Assembly (NCBI GenBank): GCA_965365345.1
Contig: CBDUBH010000003.1
Coordinates: 3,913-67,912 of the forward strand
From: an uncultured Melioribacteraceae bacterium
GTDB lineage: Bacteria > Bacteroidota > Ignavibacteria > Ignavibacteriales > SURF-24
Reading direction: 5' to 3'
DNA: 64,000 bases
The notes under the pieces are model-generated. The model worked only from the letters and a program-made list of their open reading frames with translations, was not told the origin of the DNA and searched no databases. Of this stretch, positions 19,041 to 28,664 are shown in pieces. Positions within the stretch are counted from its first letter, which is position 1. Every line of letters begins with the position of its first letter. The position numbers and the translations under genes are program-made.

Positions 19041-20076
19041 ATAGATTTTTCAATTTTTCTACTAATATTTCATTTTCTTTTTTTGTGCCTATTGTAACTC
19101 GCAAACAATTTTCAAGCATATTATAATTGCTTCTATCACGAATTACAATTCCTTTTTCCGCTAATTTTTTTTGTACAATTTTTGCATCTTTTATCTTGAA
19201 TAAGATATAATTAGCTGATGATAAAAATACTTTTTCAACTTGCGGAATTTTATTCAGTTCAGTAAATAATTTCTCTCTTTCCTCAATTATTTCCTTAACA
19301 AATTGATCTTTCTTTTCAAAATTTTCAATTGCATTTTTTGCTGCAGATCTCGTAAGCGTATTTATATTATATGGCGCTTTAACTTTGAATAAATATTTTA
19401 TGATCTCAGGATTTGCTGCACAAAATCCTAAGCGGATTCCCGCCAATCCCCATGCTTTTGAAAATGTTCTTAGCACAACTAAATTTTCAAATTGCTCTAC
19501 TTCTTTAAGTAGTGAATTTTCTTCAGCAAAATCCATATACGCTTCATCAACAACAATTATTGTGTTTAAACTACATAACTTCAGAATATCTTTTTTATTA
19601 ATCAAATTTCCCGTTGGATTATTCGGCGAACAAAGGAAAATTATTTTAACTTTTTCATCATAATGTTTTTGAATTAAGTTATGATCAATTTGAAAATCTT
19701 GATCTAAGCTTACTGAAACCGCTTCAACATTATTTATATCGCATGCAACTTTGTACATTCCGTATGTCGGATCCAAAATTATTATTTTATCTTTTGCGGG
19801 CTCACAAAATATTCTTATCAAAAGATCAATTATTTCATCCGAGCCGACACCAAAAAATAAATTTTCTAAAGTGATCTTAAAATATTTTCCAATAATATTT
19901 TTCAGATCTTTTTGATGCGGATCAGGATAGCGATTCAATTCCAGTTCATTTTCACAATATGTTGAGCCTAAACTGTTTTCATTTGCATCAAGTAAAATCC
20001 CATCTGAATATTCATCACGCGCAGATATGTACGGCTTTAATTTTTTGATATTTTCTCTAACTAAATTTTCTATCAT
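19027..20076 (-). CDS. hisC: histidinol-phosphate aminotransferase
   Basis: Class II aminotransferase: LNRYPDP, SPNNPTG, and RTFSKAWGLAGIRLG containing the PLP lysine. Confidence 0.9.
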   Translation of the reverse strand: MIENLVRENIKKLKPYISARDEYSDGILLDANENSLGSTYCENELELNRYPDPHQKDLKNIIGKYFKITLENLFFGVGSDEIIDLLIRIFCEPAKDKIIILDPTYGMYKVACDINNVEAVSVSLDQDFQIDHNLIQKHYDEKVKIIFLCSPNNPTGNLINKKDILKLCSLNTIIVVDEAYMDFAEENSLLKEVEQFENLVVLRTFSKAWGLAGIRLGFCAANPEIIKYLFKVKAPYNINTLTRSAAKNAIENFEKKDQFVKEIIEEREKLFTELNKIPQVEKVFLSSANYILFKIKDAKIVQKKLAEKGIVIRDRSNYNMLENCLRVTIGTKKENEILVEKLKNLYEEN

Positions 20077-20105
20077 AATTTTACACTTTAGTTTTGTTTT
20101 TTATT

Positions 20106-21389
20106 TCACTTTAATCTAATTGAAACAGCATTTTTATGAGCAAAAAGTTCTTCGGCATCTGCCAAATTTTCAACTGTTTTTGAAATATTTTTCAATCCCG
20201 CTTTTGTAAGATTTTGAAAAGTGATCGATTTCATAAAACTTTCAACTGTTACTCCGCCAAAAGATTTTGCATAGCCGTAAGTTGGTAAAGAGTGATTTGT
20301 TCCGCTTGCGTAATCGCCTGCACTTTCGGGAGAGTATTCACCAAGAAAAACCGAGCCGGCATTTTGGATTTTTGATTTTAAACTTTCCGCATTTTGAACA
20401 TGTAAAATCAAGTGTTCAGGTGCGTAATCATTACTGAAATTTATTGCTTGATCAATATTTTCAACAAGTAATGAAAATGCATTTTCCAAAGATTTATTAG
20501 CAAAATCTTTTCTCGGCAATTGCATAATTTGTTTTTGAATTTCATCATTCACTTTTTCAATAATTAATTCTGAATTTGAAATCAAGATCACTTGCGAATC
20601 TTTTCCATGCTCTGCTTGCGAAAGCAAATCAGCCGCAATAAATTCAGCATTTGCAGATTTATCTGCAATTATTAAAACTTCGCTTGGTCCTGCGGGCATA
20701 TCTATAGTGCAACCTTTCATATCAATACTTACAAGCATTTTGGCAACTGTTACAAATTGATTTCCGGGACCGAATATTTTTTCAACTTTTTTTATTTCAT
20801 TTGTGCCGTACGCCATTAAACCAACCGCCTGTGCTCCGCCGGTTTTATAAAATTCATTTACTCCTATCTTTTTTGCGGTATAAAGTAAGATGTTGTTTAC
20901 AACTCCGTTCTTTGAAGGTGAACAAGCAACAATTCTTTTGCATCCTGCAATTTTAGCGGGTACGCCGAGCATTAACATAGTTGAAGGTAAAACCGCATTG
21001 CCGCCGGGAATGTAAAGTCCGACATTTTCAATAGCACGAAATTCACGAGAGCATTTCACGCCCGCCAAGGTTTCAACTTCATAATTCTGCGGAAATTGTC
21101 TTTTATGAAACTTAAAAATATTTTCATAAGCTGAATCAATCGCTGATTTTATTTTCGCATCAATTGATTTTTCTGCTACATCAAATTCTTCATCATTTAC
21201 AAGAAGATTTTTATTTTTTAAGCCTTCAAATTTTTCAGCATATTTATAAACTGCTTCAATTCCGCCGGATTTAATTTCATTTAAAACCGGTTTTACAATT
21301 TCGATAGTTTTTTCCAAATCAATTGCAGGTCTTTGCAAAAGCTCATTTAACTCGATTTGGGATAAATATTTGTAAATGTAATTTTTCAT
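20106..21389 (-). CDS. hisD: histidinol dehydrogenase
   Basis: GLYIPGG.A.LPST, SQAEHG and YASGTNHSLPT motifs. Confidence 0.95.
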   Translation of the reverse strand: MKNYIYKYLSQIELNELLQRPAIDLEKTIEIVKPVLNEIKSGGIEAVYKYAEKFEGLKNKNLLVNDEEFDVAEKSIDAKIKSAIDSAYENIFKFHKRQFPQNYEVETLAGVKCSREFRAIENVGLYIPGGNAVLPSTMLMLGVPAKIAGCKRIVACSPSKNGVVNNILLYTAKKIGVNEFYKTGGAQAVGLMAYGTNEIKKVEKIFGPGNQFVTVAKMLVSIDMKGCTIDMPAGPSEVLIIADKSANAEFIAADLLSQAEHGKDSQVILISNSELIIEKVNDEIQKQIMQLPRKDFANKSLENAFSLLVENIDQAINFSNDYAPEHLILHVQNAESLKSKIQNAGSVFLGEYSPESAGDYASGTNHSLPTYGYAKSFGGVTVESFMKSITFQNLTKAGLKNISKTVENLADAEELFAHKNAVSIRLK

Positions 21390-22255
21390 AAAATCATATT
21401 TTCTATTGGTAATAAAAGAATGCCTGAAGCTCCTTCAGATTTTAATTCACTTACGACACTCCAAAATTTTTCTGCCGGAATTACTGCGTGAATTGCCAGA
21501 GATTTTTCATCGGCAAGATTTAGCACCGTCGGACTTTTAAGTGATGGAATTATTTTCGTGATTTTTTCGAGTGAATTTTTAGGAATGTTCATCATCAAAT
21601 ATTTTGAATTTTTTGCCGTTAATACTGAATTAATTCTTGTAAAAAGTTCGTTCAAAGTTTGTTTTTTTTCTTCGCTCAATCCGTTTTTACTCGATGAAAT
21701 TAAAACCGCTTCCGATTCAAAAACTTTAAATGATTTTTTTAATTTGTTCATCATCAAAGTAGTGCCGGTTGAAACTATATCGCAAATAAAATCGGCTACA
21801 CCCAACGATGGAGCAATTTCAACAGAGCCGCTGATTTCAATTATTTTTGCATTGATATTATTTTCATTCAAAAATTTTTGAAGAATGCGCGGGTAGGAAG
21901 TTGCAATTCTTTTTCCATTCAGATCTTCAATATTTTCAGGAAAATTTTCATCTGGTGCAGCAATCATTAATTTACATCCGCCGAATCCGAGTTTTTGGAT
22001 AATATTTACTTGTGTATTTTTTTCATACACAACATTTTCGCCGACAATTCCCAAATCAGCAACGCCATCCTGCACGTATTCGGGAATATCATCATCGCGT
22101 AAAAATAAAATATCCGCTTTGAAATTTTTTGCAGAAACTAAAAGCCTTTCGGAATAAGTTTCAATATCCAATCCGCAAAGTTTCAAAAGATCCAAAGATT
22201 TTTCCGAAAGTCTTCCTTTTTTCTGAATTGCTAATTTTAAATTTCCATTTTCCAT
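21386..22255 (-). CDS. hisG: ATP phosphoribosyltransferase (long form)
   Basis: LKLAIQKKGRLSEKS, DLGIVGEN and DIVSTGTTL, plus a C-terminal regulatory domain (289 aa). Overlaps hisD by 4 nt. Confidence 0.9.
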   Translation of the reverse strand: MENGNLKLAIQKKGRLSEKSLDLLKLCGLDIETYSERLLVSAKNFKADILFLRDDDIPEYVQDGVADLGIVGENVVYEKNTQVNIIQKLGFGGCKLMIAAPDENFPENIEDLNGKRIATSYPRILQKFLNENNINAKIIEISGSVEIAPSLGVADFICDIVSTGTTLMMNKLKKSFKVFESEAVLISSSKNGLSEEKKQTLNELFTRINSVLTAKNSKYLMMNIPKNSLEKITKIIPSLKSPTVLNLADEKSLAIHAVIPAEKFWSVVSELKSEGASGILLLPIENMIL

Positions 22256-22284
22256 AAAATATTTTCCGTGTGTTTAAAACAAAA

Positions 22285-22308
22285 AACCCCGACAAATTTG
22301 CCGGGGTT
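22285..22308 (-). terminator. attenuator terminator between his leader peptide and hisG
   Basis: Minus-strand RNA AACCCCGGCA-AAUU-UGUCGGGGUU followed by UUUUGUUUU. It lies 22 nt after the leader stop and about 30 nt before the hisG ATG. Confidence 0.75.
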
Positions 22309-22330
22309 AAAAAATCATCTATATAAAAAA

Positions 22331-22429
22331 TTAATATAATCCGGCACTTCCATAATAATGAATATGATGGCTATGATGATGCAATTTTACGGTAACTGTG
22401 CGAATGATATTTTGTTTTTTAATTTTCAT
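22331..22429 (-). CDS. hisL: histidine operon leader peptide (32 aa, 6 His in 8 codons)
   Basis: My translation of the minus strand: ATG at 22429, MKIKKQNIIRTVTVKLHHHSHHIHYYGSAGLY, TAA at 22333-22331. Too short for the ORF track. Sits directly upstream of hisG with a terminator in between. Confidence 0.75.
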   Translation of the reverse strand: MKIKKQNIIRTVTVKLHHHSHHIHYYGSAGLY

Positions 22430-22502
22430 AAAGTCTAAGATAGAAAAATATTTTTTCTTTTCAAAAAAATAATTTTTAACTTATTTTTAAACGGAGATTC
22501 AA

Positions 22503-22769
22503 ATGATTTTCATTTTATTTTTAATTGCTTTTATAATACCCAGAATTTCAATTTTTATTTTATGGTTTTTTACAAATTGGTTCCAGGGAGTTTTTAATAC
22601 ATTTTGGATTCCGATCTTAGGTTTTATTTTTATGCCTGCAACCTTGCTTTGGTACAGCGTTGTTATAAATTATTTTGATAATAATTGGACCGCAATCCCT
22701 ATTATCGGTATTGTAATTGCCGTTTTAGTTGATCTTTCTCCCGCAAAAACGAAAAGGTACAGAGATTAA
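22503..22769 (+). CDS. small hypothetical membrane protein (3 predicted TM helices)
   Basis: 88 aa and very hydrophobic. GGAG-like sequence (aaacggagattcaaATG) upstream. No family recognised. Confidence 0.45.
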   Translation: MIFILFLIAFIIPRISIFILWFFTNWFQGVFNTFWIPILGFIFMPATLLWYSVVINYFDNNWTAIPIIGIVIAVLVDLSPAKTKRYRD

Positions 22770-22789
22770 TTTTAATTTAATTTTGAAAA

Positions 22790-23266
22790 TCAAAATAAAG
22801 TTAAATAGCTTTGTTCATGTTTTAGTAGCCACTCTTTCCGCCACATTCCGCCATTATATCCAACAAGTTTTCCGTTAGCGCCTACAATTCTGTGACAAGG
22901 AATAATTATGGGAATTTGATTTTTTCCGTTTGCCGAGCCGACTGCTCTTATTGATTTTAAATTTCCGATGGATGAAGCAATATCCATATAAGATGCAGTT
23001 TTACCGAATGGAATTTTATAAACTTCATTCAATACGTTTCTTTGAAATTGAGTTCCGTCTAAATGAAAATCAATTTCAAAAGTTTTACGTTTGCCCTGAA
23101 AATATTGATCCAACTGAAGTTTGCAATTTTCCGTTACTTCAGATTTTTTAATTTCTTCATCTTCGCAATCAATAAATTTGAGAAAATAAATTTTCTCATT
23201 CGCAGCTTTAATTTTTATCTTTCCTATCGGTGAATCAAAATAATCTATATCAGGCAGAATGTTCAT
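22790..23266 (-). CDS. ogt: methylated-DNA--protein-cysteine methyltransferase
   Basis: Active site IPCHRIVGANGKLVGY and the helix-turn-helix FQRNVLNEVYKIPFGKTASY. Confidence 0.9.
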   Translation of the reverse strand: MNILPDIDYFDSPIGKIKIKAANEKIYFLKFIDCEDEEIKKSEVTENCKLQLDQYFQGKRKTFEIDFHLDGTQFQRNVLNEVYKIPFGKTASYMDIASSIGNLKSIRAVGSANGKNQIPIIIPCHRIVGANGKLVGYNGGMWRKEWLLKHEQSYLTLF

Positions 23267-23320
23267 AAATAATCCATAAAATATTTATTTCAAATTATGA
23301 AATCTGTTTAAAATAAAAAA

Positions 23321-23341
23321 GCTCCGGAAATTTTCCGGAGC
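23321..23341 (-). terminator. rho-independent terminator after the AsmA-like gene
   Basis: aaaaaagctccgg-aaatttt-ccggagctttttt, flanked by runs on both sides. Confidence 0.75.
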
Positions 23342-23356
23342 TTTTTTATTTTGATT

Positions 23357-25927
23357 TTACGGACGTTTAAAAAGATCTTTCAATTTATCTTTTGCTTTAT
23401 CTTTTAATTCCTCTTTTAAAGTGTCCGCTCTTTTTTCAGCTTCTTTTGTTATCTCTTGTTTTTGCTGTTCAATTTCCTGATTTATTTGCTGCTTAACTTC
23501 TTCTTTTACTTGTTCTGTTTGCTGTTGAACAATATCGGAAGCAGATGTTGTAATTTTCGGATCTTCGATCGTGCCTTTTATCAAGGCTTCCAATTCAATT
23601 TTTCCGCTGCCTACAAGATCAAGATCTTTTCCAACAAGACCTGCAATCGCAGAGTTCGCCTGATTTTTTAATTTTTCAGCAGGAATTTCGAGCCCCATAA
23701 CATATTCAATCGTTTTATCAATTCCTGTTGATCCGCTAAGCGAAAGATCGTAATTGGCAACTTTAATATTAAATGGCTCAACCGCAAATCTTCCGTTATT
23801 AATTTTGAATGAAGGATTGATCCTTGTTAAAGTCGGATCTTTTAATTCATTGATCTTTAATTTATCTGCAACTTGATTGAAAGGCTTGAAATTTTTCACC
23901 TGCGCATTTGCTATAGTCAGTGTTCCGGTACTGTTAAAGCTGTTCCAAACAGGCATCATATCTGCTGTTAACGGACTTGCCATGTTTAATTTTGAACTAA
24001 ACTTTCCGTTAATGTATTGTGCCATCGGAGCAAATTGTCTAACTGTTACAAAACTTTCAAACGCTTGTCCGATATCAAAATTAGTAATATCAAGATTGAA
24101 AGAAATTGCCGGCTCAGTTCCTTCGGGCGCTGCGTAAAATCCATCTGCTACAAGCGATCCGCCAAGCAAATTCATTTTTAAAGAACGCATATTAACTTTG
24201 GAATCCGCAATTATTATTGTTCCGTTCACATTTTCCAAAGTCAAATTATCATAAATTAATTTATTGAATTTGGAATTCATCGTGAAATTAATATTCGCCG
24301 GAATTTCTACTGCCTCAACTTTTGATGTATCGGTTTGTTGAGTTTGTTTTTCTTCATCCTGCATTAAAGGATTAAGATCGAAAAAGTTCGATGTTACATT
24401 TAAATTTCCGATCAGCACAGCATCACTTAATACGTACGAAAGTACATTATTCAAATTACCGCTTGCATTTAAATCACTTTTGCCGATTGTCATTACAAAA
24501 TTATTTAAATTAAAGTTTTGCGGTGAAAGTGTTAATACTCCCTGCTTAACATTTACTTCCTGCGGCAGATCTTTTGCTGCGTATTGAATGTTTAAAACTT
24601 CAACTTTTCCGTTGGCGGAAAAATTTTCCAAACGTTTATTTTCAGCATCAGCCAAACTTCCGCGTGCTGAAAAATCGGCATTAATTATTCCCGCTAATTT
24701 TGTAACATCTTCAAGTTGAATTGCATCCTTTAATTTTCCGAGATCAATTCTTCCTTTCATTTTTGTATCAATGTTCGGATTTGATTGCGGAGTTGTAACT
24801 TTTAAGGTTGCATCAATCGGCTCGTTTCCTAATTCCAAATGCAATCTTTGCAGATCAACTACAGTATTATCGGGTGATCCTCCCGGATTATTAATCGCAA
24901 GATTCATATTGACATTATTGACGGGAGTAGGAAGTTTCGGATATTTAAACATTCCATTGTTAACGTTCAATTTTATATCGAAAGCCGGCATTCTGTTTTC
25001 TGCGTAAACTCCGTTTACAAATCCATCCAGACTCATTTCTCCGGATGATTCCAATCCGTCAAAATCCTGAGAGTAAATTGCGGGAATAAGCGAAATTATA
25101 TCTTTGAAATTATTACGCGGCGAATTGAATTTCAAATCAATAACAATGCTGCTATCCTGCATTTGAACAAAGCCATCAAATTTTACTGAAAGATTATTCA
25201 AACGTAATTCATTTTCTTTTAAAGTGAATTTATTTTGCGGCATATTTGCATTTAACAGCATATCAAAAAACAGATTTGCTTTATTCAAATAAGTAACGCC
25301 TGAACTTTGAAAACTTAATTCTTCAATTTCGGTTTCTGTATCAAGATTAAAATCTCCCTTGGTAAAATCTCCGCTTCCTTTGTGCGAAAGATTTTTAATT
25401 GTTGCCATCATACCGGAAGTTTCATCAACATAAACAATATTCGCATCGGTTACGGAATATTCTTTTAATGCAAGATTAAGTTCGCCTTCTGAAGTTTCAA
25501 CTTCAATTGTATCTTCTTGTTTTACTTCCGTTTCTTTTGCGATATCATAATTCGCAATACTGTCTTTATTAACGAAAACAAAAATGTTTGGTCTTTGAAG
25601 ATTGATCTTTTCGATCACCATTTGGTTTCCGCTTATTACGCTCCACGTATTTACAGATGCTTCAAATTGCTCCATTGATAAAAGCGTATCGCCTTCGAAA
25701 GGCTCTTTGTTTACAATTGTAAGATTGTTAAGATTCATAGTAATGTTGGGAAAATCTTCGAACAAACTTAAGCTTACATCTTTAAAATCAACGCGGGCGT
25801 TCAAATTTTTGTTTGCCTGATTTTTAACGGCAATTGCAATTTGATCTTCAAATAAAAAGGGAATTATAATTAATGCGCCGATTAACAGCACAAAAATAAT
25901 TCCCGCAATTATCAATGCTTTTTTCAT
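23357..25927 (-). CDS. AsmA family outer-membrane biogenesis protein
   Basis: 856 aa. N-terminal TM anchor followed by a long beta-rich region with an AsmA-like N-terminus (IIIPFLFEDQIAIAVKNQANKNLNARVDFKDVSLSLF). K/E-rich coiled C-terminal tail. Confidence 0.6.
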   Translation of the reverse strand: MKKALIIAGIIFVLLIGALIIIPFLFEDQIAIAVKNQANKNLNARVDFKDVSLSLFEDFPNITMNLNNLTIVNKEPFEGDTLLSMEQFEASVNTWSVISGNQMVIEKINLQRPNIFVFVNKDSIANYDIAKETEVKQEDTIEVETSEGELNLALKEYSVTDANIVYVDETSGMMATIKNLSHKGSGDFTKGDFNLDTETEIEELSFQSSGVTYLNKANLFFDMLLNANMPQNKFTLKENELRLNNLSVKFDGFVQMQDSSIVIDLKFNSPRNNFKDIISLIPAIYSQDFDGLESSGEMSLDGFVNGVYAENRMPAFDIKLNVNNGMFKYPKLPTPVNNVNMNLAINNPGGSPDNTVVDLQRLHLELGNEPIDATLKVTTPQSNPNIDTKMKGRIDLGKLKDAIQLEDVTKLAGIINADFSARGSLADAENKRLENFSANGKVEVLNIQYAAKDLPQEVNVKQGVLTLSPQNFNLNNFVMTIGKSDLNASGNLNNVLSYVLSDAVLIGNLNVTSNFFDLNPLMQDEEKQTQQTDTSKVEAVEIPANINFTMNSKFNKLIYDNLTLENVNGTIIIADSKVNMRSLKMNLLGGSLVADGFYAAPEGTEPAISFNLDITNFDIGQAFESFVTVRQFAPMAQYINGKFSSKLNMASPLTADMMPVWNSFNSTGTLTIANAQVKNFKPFNQVADKLKINELKDPTLTRINPSFKINNGRFAVEPFNIKVANYDLSLSGSTGIDKTIEYVMGLEIPAEKLKNQANSAIAGLVGKDLDLVGSGKIELEALIKGTIEDPKITTSASDIVQQQTEQVKEEVKQQINQEIEQQKQEITKEAEKRADTLKEELKDKAKDKLKDLFKRP

Positions 25928-26015
25928 TAGATCCTCATTTTATATCTGAACAGATTTTTTTCCAATAAAAGAAATTTTTACGGAACTCTTTCAGAAAAAA
26001 GTTTTTTGATAAAAT

Positions 26016-26318
26016 TTAACTTAAAACTTTTTGCAAATTTTCCCGAATAGTACTTTCAATCGTACCTTTGAAAGGAGTTGCCATCATAGGCAGCGAACCA
26101 TCAACAGTAACATTATTTTCATTTACGGTAATGTTTCCATCGAGTGACATTCCCATAGCTTTTAGTGCGAATGATCCTTTATTTCCACTCCAGCTTTCGT
26201 TTACATCGCTAACTTGAGTTCCGAATTGTTTTTTTAATTCAGCTAAAAAATTATCAATTCTTTTTCGTGCTTCATCTTGTCCTAAATTATGAGGAACAGA
26301 TACTTCCATTTTTGCCAT
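26016..26318 (-). CDS. putative polyhydroxyalkanoic acid system family protein (PHA_gran_rgn-like)
   Basis: 100 aa. M.K.EVSVPHNLGQDEARKRI...FKGTIESTIRENL matches my recollection of the TIGR02610-type small proteins. Confidence 0.55.
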   Translation of the reverse strand: MAKMEVSVPHNLGQDEARKRIDNFLAELKKQFGTQVSDVNESWSGNKGSFALKAMGMSLDGNITVNENNVTVDGSLPMMATPFKGTIESTIRENLQKVLS

Positions 26319-26457
26319 AACTTTTCCTTTTATTTTGATTATACAAATAATGTAAAGGATAATATTTGTTTAATCAAGGTAATTGAATTGAAATCAACAA
26401 AACTGATTTCAATTTTCACTTATAAAAATTATTTTAACATTAAAATTTGTATTCAAG

Positions 26458-27246
26458 TTACAATTTTAAGAAAATTCCGTTATCATTTTCTTCAAGTCCG
26501 TAAATTTTAATTTTATTTTCAGCCGGACCGGCTTTTACTTCGCCTGTTTTAATATTGAACTGCGAACCGTGCCATAAACATTGAACCGTATCGCAAATTA
26601 GAACTCCGCCTGCAAGCGATCCGCCTCTGTGCGTGCAATGATCTTCAAAAGCAGAATAGCCGCTTTCAGATCTTCCGATTACAATTCTATTTCCGTTAAC
26701 AATTACCAATTTCATCTGATCTTTTTTTAACTCATCATTATCTGCAACTTTAATCAGTTTTTCATCAGACTTAATATTTTCTTCTTTCCATTTTGTTGAA
26801 TGCGCGTAACGGTGATCCGGACCAATAAAATTGCGGGTTACAAGAGTTCCGCCCATCCATCCTGAAAACGATAACGCAACAACACTTATTAGATCCAATG
26901 CTATTGCAAAATAATTTACTTCATTGTAAGATGCGCTTTTGAAAAGGTATGAAAGATAAAATGCCGCAACCACTGAAAGATTGATTAACATGTGAGTTGA
27001 TGCTCTTTTTCTAGCAGAACTATTTGGCGGCACACTGTATTGAAAATCAATATAACCGGGAACTGCGGCAGCAAAAGCCGAAATGATTCCTGCAATGGTT
27101 AAATGAATTGAAGTTTGCCAAAATTCAAAATTCATATTGATTAAAGTAAGCAGATCAAATATCAATACTCCCGTAAAAAATGCGACCGGGAACGGGACCA
27201 ACATAGCATGAACAGGATGCCCTTTTATGCTCGCTTTTGTTCTCAT
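26458..27246 (-). CDS. DUF2231-like membrane domain fused to a Rieske [2Fe-2S] domain
   Basis: The N-terminus GHPVHAMLVPFPVAFF plus 4 TM helices is DUF2231-like. The C-terminus has CTHRGGSL (CxH) and CLWHGSQF (CxxH) Rieske ligands. Confidence 0.7.
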   Translation of the reverse strand: MRTKASIKGHPVHAMLVPFPVAFFTGVLIFDLLTLINMNFEFWQTSIHLTIAGIISAFAAAVPGYIDFQYSVPPNSSARKRASTHMLINLSVVAAFYLSYLFKSASYNEVNYFAIALDLISVVALSFSGWMGGTLVTRNFIGPDHRYAHSTKWKEENIKSDEKLIKVADNDELKKDQMKLVIVNGNRIVIGRSESGYSAFEDHCTHRGGSLAGGVLICDTVQCLWHGSQFNIKTGEVKAGPAENKIKIYGLEENDNGIFLKL

Positions 27247-27564
27247 TTTTTCCTCGTATTTAGTGGAATTTGTAAAACGGAAATCTTTGAAAACTTTTTT
27301 TTGCCGATAGTTCTAATATAAAACTCTTTTTATAATTTTCACGAAAAATTTATTCGATTTAAAATTATTTTCAGATTTTGAATTTCATCTTTTAGCTGCT
27401 TCTAAATATACGGGAAATTATCTGCATAAATTCAGCATTACAAATTTCAGGATCACTTTTTAATCGAAATTTAATCTAAATAATTTGGCTTGAATTCATA
27501 TCTATTTTTTTTAGAATGATTAATAGATGATAAAATTAAGAACGATGTTTAAGGAGGAGTAATT

Positions 27565-28164
27565 ATGTATAAATCATTTTTCGATAAATCACTTTTTATT
27601 TTTGCTTTTCTGTTTGTTATTTCAAGCTTGAATTTTGCTCAAACCACGGATGAAAATCCTCAAACTTCAACTGAAAATTCCACAGCGCCGATGTTTGATT
27701 CTCCAATTAAGGATGATGAAATTCAAAATAATTTAAGAAATTCATTTTTAAATGATCCTGTTTTAAGCACTTCAAATTTGGATCTGAGATCTCAAAACGG
27801 AGTTGTTTATTTGAACGGAACAGTCCGCAACAAAAAAGAATTGATCAGAGCAGAAAGTATTGCATTAAGCGGAACGGGAGTTATTGGTGTTGAAAATAAT
27901 TTGCGGGCGGCAGATGAAGGCGATATTGCGCGTGACTGGGAAATTTTGGAAAGTATATATAATCAGCTTTACAACTCGCCTGTTTTAGAAAGCGAAAAAA
28001 TAAAAGTAACGGTCTATAACGGAATGGTAAATTTAAGTGGCATTGTTGATTCCCAACTTGAAAAAGATACTGCCGAAAAAATTGCTACAAAAGCCGGCGC
28101 TGAAAGAATTTTTAATTTTATTGAAGTTGAGCATAATCCGAATTTGTACGAAATAAAAAATTGA
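27565..28164 (+). CDS. secreted BON domain protein (two BON domains)
   Basis: Signal peptide. Two copies of the pattern ...V.V.NGVV.L.G.V....E...AE.IA....GV..V.N.L. Confidence 0.75.
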   Translation: MYKSFFDKSLFIFAFLFVISSLNFAQTTDENPQTSTENSTAPMFDSPIKDDEIQNNLRNSFLNDPVLSTSNLDLRSQNGVVYLNGTVRNKKELIRAESIALSGTGVIGVENNLRAADEGDIARDWEILESIYNQLYNSPVLESEKIKVTVYNGMVNLSGIVDSQLEKDTAEKIATKAGAERIFNFIEVEHNPNLYEIKN

Positions 28165-28270
28165 TCTTAAAGAAAATATTTTTTTGAAATTTCTAATTTT
28201 TTACAAATTAATTTTGAAGTTTTGGTAAATAGAAATTTTATATAATGAAAAATATTTTGGTAAACAAAAA

Positions 28271-28292
28271 AGCCCGGAAATTTTTCCGGGCT
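28271..28292. terminator. bidirectional terminator between convergent BON and lipoprotein genes
   Basis: aaaaaagcccggaaa-tt-tttccgggcttttt. Confidence 0.8.
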
Positions 28293-28316
28293 TTTTAATT
28301 AATTTAATAGTCAAAT

Positions 28317-28613
28317 TTACATCGGTTTAATTTCACCGGTTTCTTCAATCAGAACTTTGTATCCTTCAATTTCATCCGGAATTTCTTTTTGAAGTTCGGG
28401 CGTAATTTTTTCTGCCATAACTTTGATGCAGTAGGTTTTATTATCTTTTAACATTCCTACATAAACTCCGGCAACGCCCGGAATTTCCATCAATTCAGGC
28501 GAATGTTTATCAACTACTTCAAAAATTTTATCATCTTGCATTGTGTTTGAAGAACTTTTTCCGCATGAATTAAGTCCAATTAAAATTGAAAAAAGTATTA
28601 TATATAATTTCAT
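28317..28613 (-). CDS. small lipoprotein, paralogue of the N-terminal pro-region of the adjacent S1-like protease
   Basis: Lipobox LIGLNSC. KHSPELMEIPGVAGVYVGML...IPDEIEGYKVLIE aligns with KHTAKLMEESDILGTAVGVD...VPNEIEGVRVIKS of the upstream gene. Confidence 0.6.
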   Translation of the reverse strand: MKLYIILFSILIGLNSCGKSSSNTMQDDKIFEVVDKHSPELMEIPGVAGVYVGMLKDNKTYCIKVMAEKITPELQKEIPDEIEGYKVLIEETGEIKPM

Positions 28614-28664
28614 AGTTTATAATTCTGCCTGCCGGAAATTCAGCAGGCATAAAATATTTTTTGA

